Below, piece by piece: positions 62,691 to 64,000 of a stretch of DNA of 64,000 nucleotides. This stretch comes from Acidobacteriota bacterium. Lineage in GTDB: Bacteria > Acidobacteriota > UBA890 > WLXD01. Made by a program: the position numbers and the translations under genes. Under the pieces are notes generated by a model. That model had not been told where the DNA came from and did not search any database. It saw nothing but the letters and a program-made list of their open reading frames with translations. The stretch spans positions 320,001-384,000 of the forward strand of contig CBDBHB010000008.1 of the NCBI GenBank assembly GCA_965205505.1. The letters run 5' to 3'. Numbering within the stretch: the stretch's first letter is position 1; each line of letters starts with the position of its first letter.

Positions 62691-63682
62691 AGTACCCGAT
62701 CATCAAGCAACTGTCCGGCAAGTTCCCGGTGCGGCGGTTGTGCAAGATGCTCGAGGTGTCTCACGGCGGTTACTACGAGTGGCGAGGAAGGGGGCCGAGC
62801 CCGAGAGCGCGAGAAGATCGCCGTCTACGTGTGCAGATCAGAGCTGCATTCCGAGAGAGCCGCGACCGTTACGGAAGTCCGCGCATCCACAAGCAACTTC
62901 GGCAACGAGGGATCCGCTGCTCTCGCAAGCGGGTAGCTCGGCTGATGCGCCAGGAAGGACTTCGAGCTCGCCAACCCCGTCGGTTCCGGGTGACAACACG
63001 GCCCACACCTGGCCGGTCAGCGGCGCCCAACGTGCTGGCACGGCGCTTCACGGTGGATGCCGTGGACAGCGTCTGGGTGGGCGACCTGACATACCTGTGG
63101 ACGCAGGAAGGATGGCTATACCTGGCCGTGGTGATGGATCTGTGCTCGCGACGGATCATCGGCTGGGCGGTGAGCGAGACGATGACGGACGATTTGACGC
63201 TGGCGGTCCTGGATCAGGCCTTGGAGCAACGCCGTCCCGGTTCCGGAGTGCTCCATCACAGCGACCGCGGCAGCCAGTACAGCAGCGACGATTACCTAGA
63301 CAAGCTGCGTGACCGTGGCTTCACCATCAGCATGAGCAGGAAAGGAGACTGCTGGGATAACGCGCCGATGGAGAGTTTCTTCTCTACCCTGAAGTTCCAA
63401 CTCGGTGGCTGCTTCAGTTCCCGGGCGGCGGCCCGAGCCGAGTTGTTCCACTACATCGAAGTGTTCTACAACCGGGCTCGCATGCACACCTCGATCGGAG
63501 ACCAGAGTCCGGCTCAGTTCGAGGCGGCAATGCGGCGGCCAGGCCAGAGCGGCCAATCAGCTGTGGAAGCTGACGCGCCCGTGGAAATCGACTCCCGATT
63601 TCCACCGTCGCTTGGACAACGCTCCGCGTTGCCAACAGCTCCCACAGCCGCTAATACGACTACGACAATGGATCTTAACTAA
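62687..63682 (+). CDS. IS3 transposase OrfB (DDE)
   Basis: WVGDLTY, HSDRGSQY and DNAPMESFF motifs. Confidence 0.95.
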   Translation: MKYPIIKQLSGKFPVRRLCKMLEVSHGGYYEWRGRGPSPRAREDRRLRVQIRAAFRESRDRYGSPRIHKQLRQRGIRCSRKRVARLMRQEGLRARQPRRFRVTTRPTPGRSAAPNVLARRFTVDAVDSVWVGDLTYLWTQEGWLYLAVVMDLCSRRIIGWAVSETMTDDLTLAVLDQALEQRRPGSGVLHHSDRGSQYSSDDYLDKLRDRGFTISMSRKGDCWDNAPMESFFSTLKFQLGGCFSSRAAARAELFHYIEVFYNRARMHTSIGDQSPAQFEAAMRRPGQSGQSAVEADAPVEIDSRFPPSLGQRSALPTAPTAANTTTTMDLN

Positions 63683-64000
63683 GTGTCCGGGAAAGCGGGG
63701 CAAGGTCAGACCTTCAGCGCAGCGCTAGCGGCGAGCTGGTCGTCTGGGAGCCACAGCGGCCATGCCACCCCCATCTCGGTGACGTAGCTTCGCGTCCGCT
63801 CCGCGTCGTCGAGGGAAACGCCAACGAACGGGACGCCGCTCGCGGCATACGCCTCGGCAAGCCGCTCCCAGGCAGGGAGTGTTTCCTTGCAGAAGGGGCA
63901 AGTAGTGGTCAGAAACGCGATCACGCCGCCACGCGGCACGATGTTGCTCAGGGCTGACGGTCGACCGGCAAGATCGGTGAGCAAGACCGCAGGCAACGTG

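Larger units (their letters stand above)
62336..63708 (+). mobile_element. Complete IS3 family element
   Basis: IRs TGGGCCTCCCCCGATTTCCCGGACAC / GTGTCCGGGAAAGCGGGGCAAGGTCA; 3-bp target duplication GAC. Confidence 0.95.
62219..64000 (-). pseudogene. TlpA/redoxin family thiol-disulfide oxidoreductase split by IS3 (5' end outside the window)
   Basis: TTCPFC motif; removing the IS and one GAC restores the in-frame ...AALKVPLVPITVLVGADAVVERVWSG...IDR*. Confidence 0.88.

Overview
High-GC bacterial window. The gene content (Ser/Thr-kinase/TolB-propeller family, DUF1592-DUF1552-ankyrin triad) suggests Acidobacteriota; this is inference. Many single-base frameshifts could be long-read errors or real decay. 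Layout: (1) 1-28 kb is a mosaic accessory region with secreted hydrolases, a Mo-oxidoreductase pair, a symporter and defence-gene remnants. It is punctuated by five same-strand copies of one Ser/Thr kinase promoter/5' end and by a MITE family sitting on TAG stop codons. (2) 28.1-34.7 kb looks like two tandem integrase-less cargo units, each ending in an arm-like repeat, a hairpin and tRNA sequence (a tRNA-Leu 3' fragment, then an intact initiator tRNA-Met). (3) 34.7-50 kb is an uncharacterised cluster with three B12-binding radical SAM enzymes, GT4 glycosyltransferases, methyltransferases, a NUDIX hydrolase, a nucleotidyltransferase-like protein, an amidohydrolase and an O-antigen-ligase/TPR protein. 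(4) 50-60.5 kb holds housekeeping-like genes (YceI, UvrD-like helicase, hemW, uppS-like, ino1). (5) 60.5-64 kb is a candidate secreted disulfide-peptide locus (CPFC redoxin, CX3C-X9-CX3C peptide, beta-propeller lipoprotein); its redoxin is cleanly split by a complete IS3 element.
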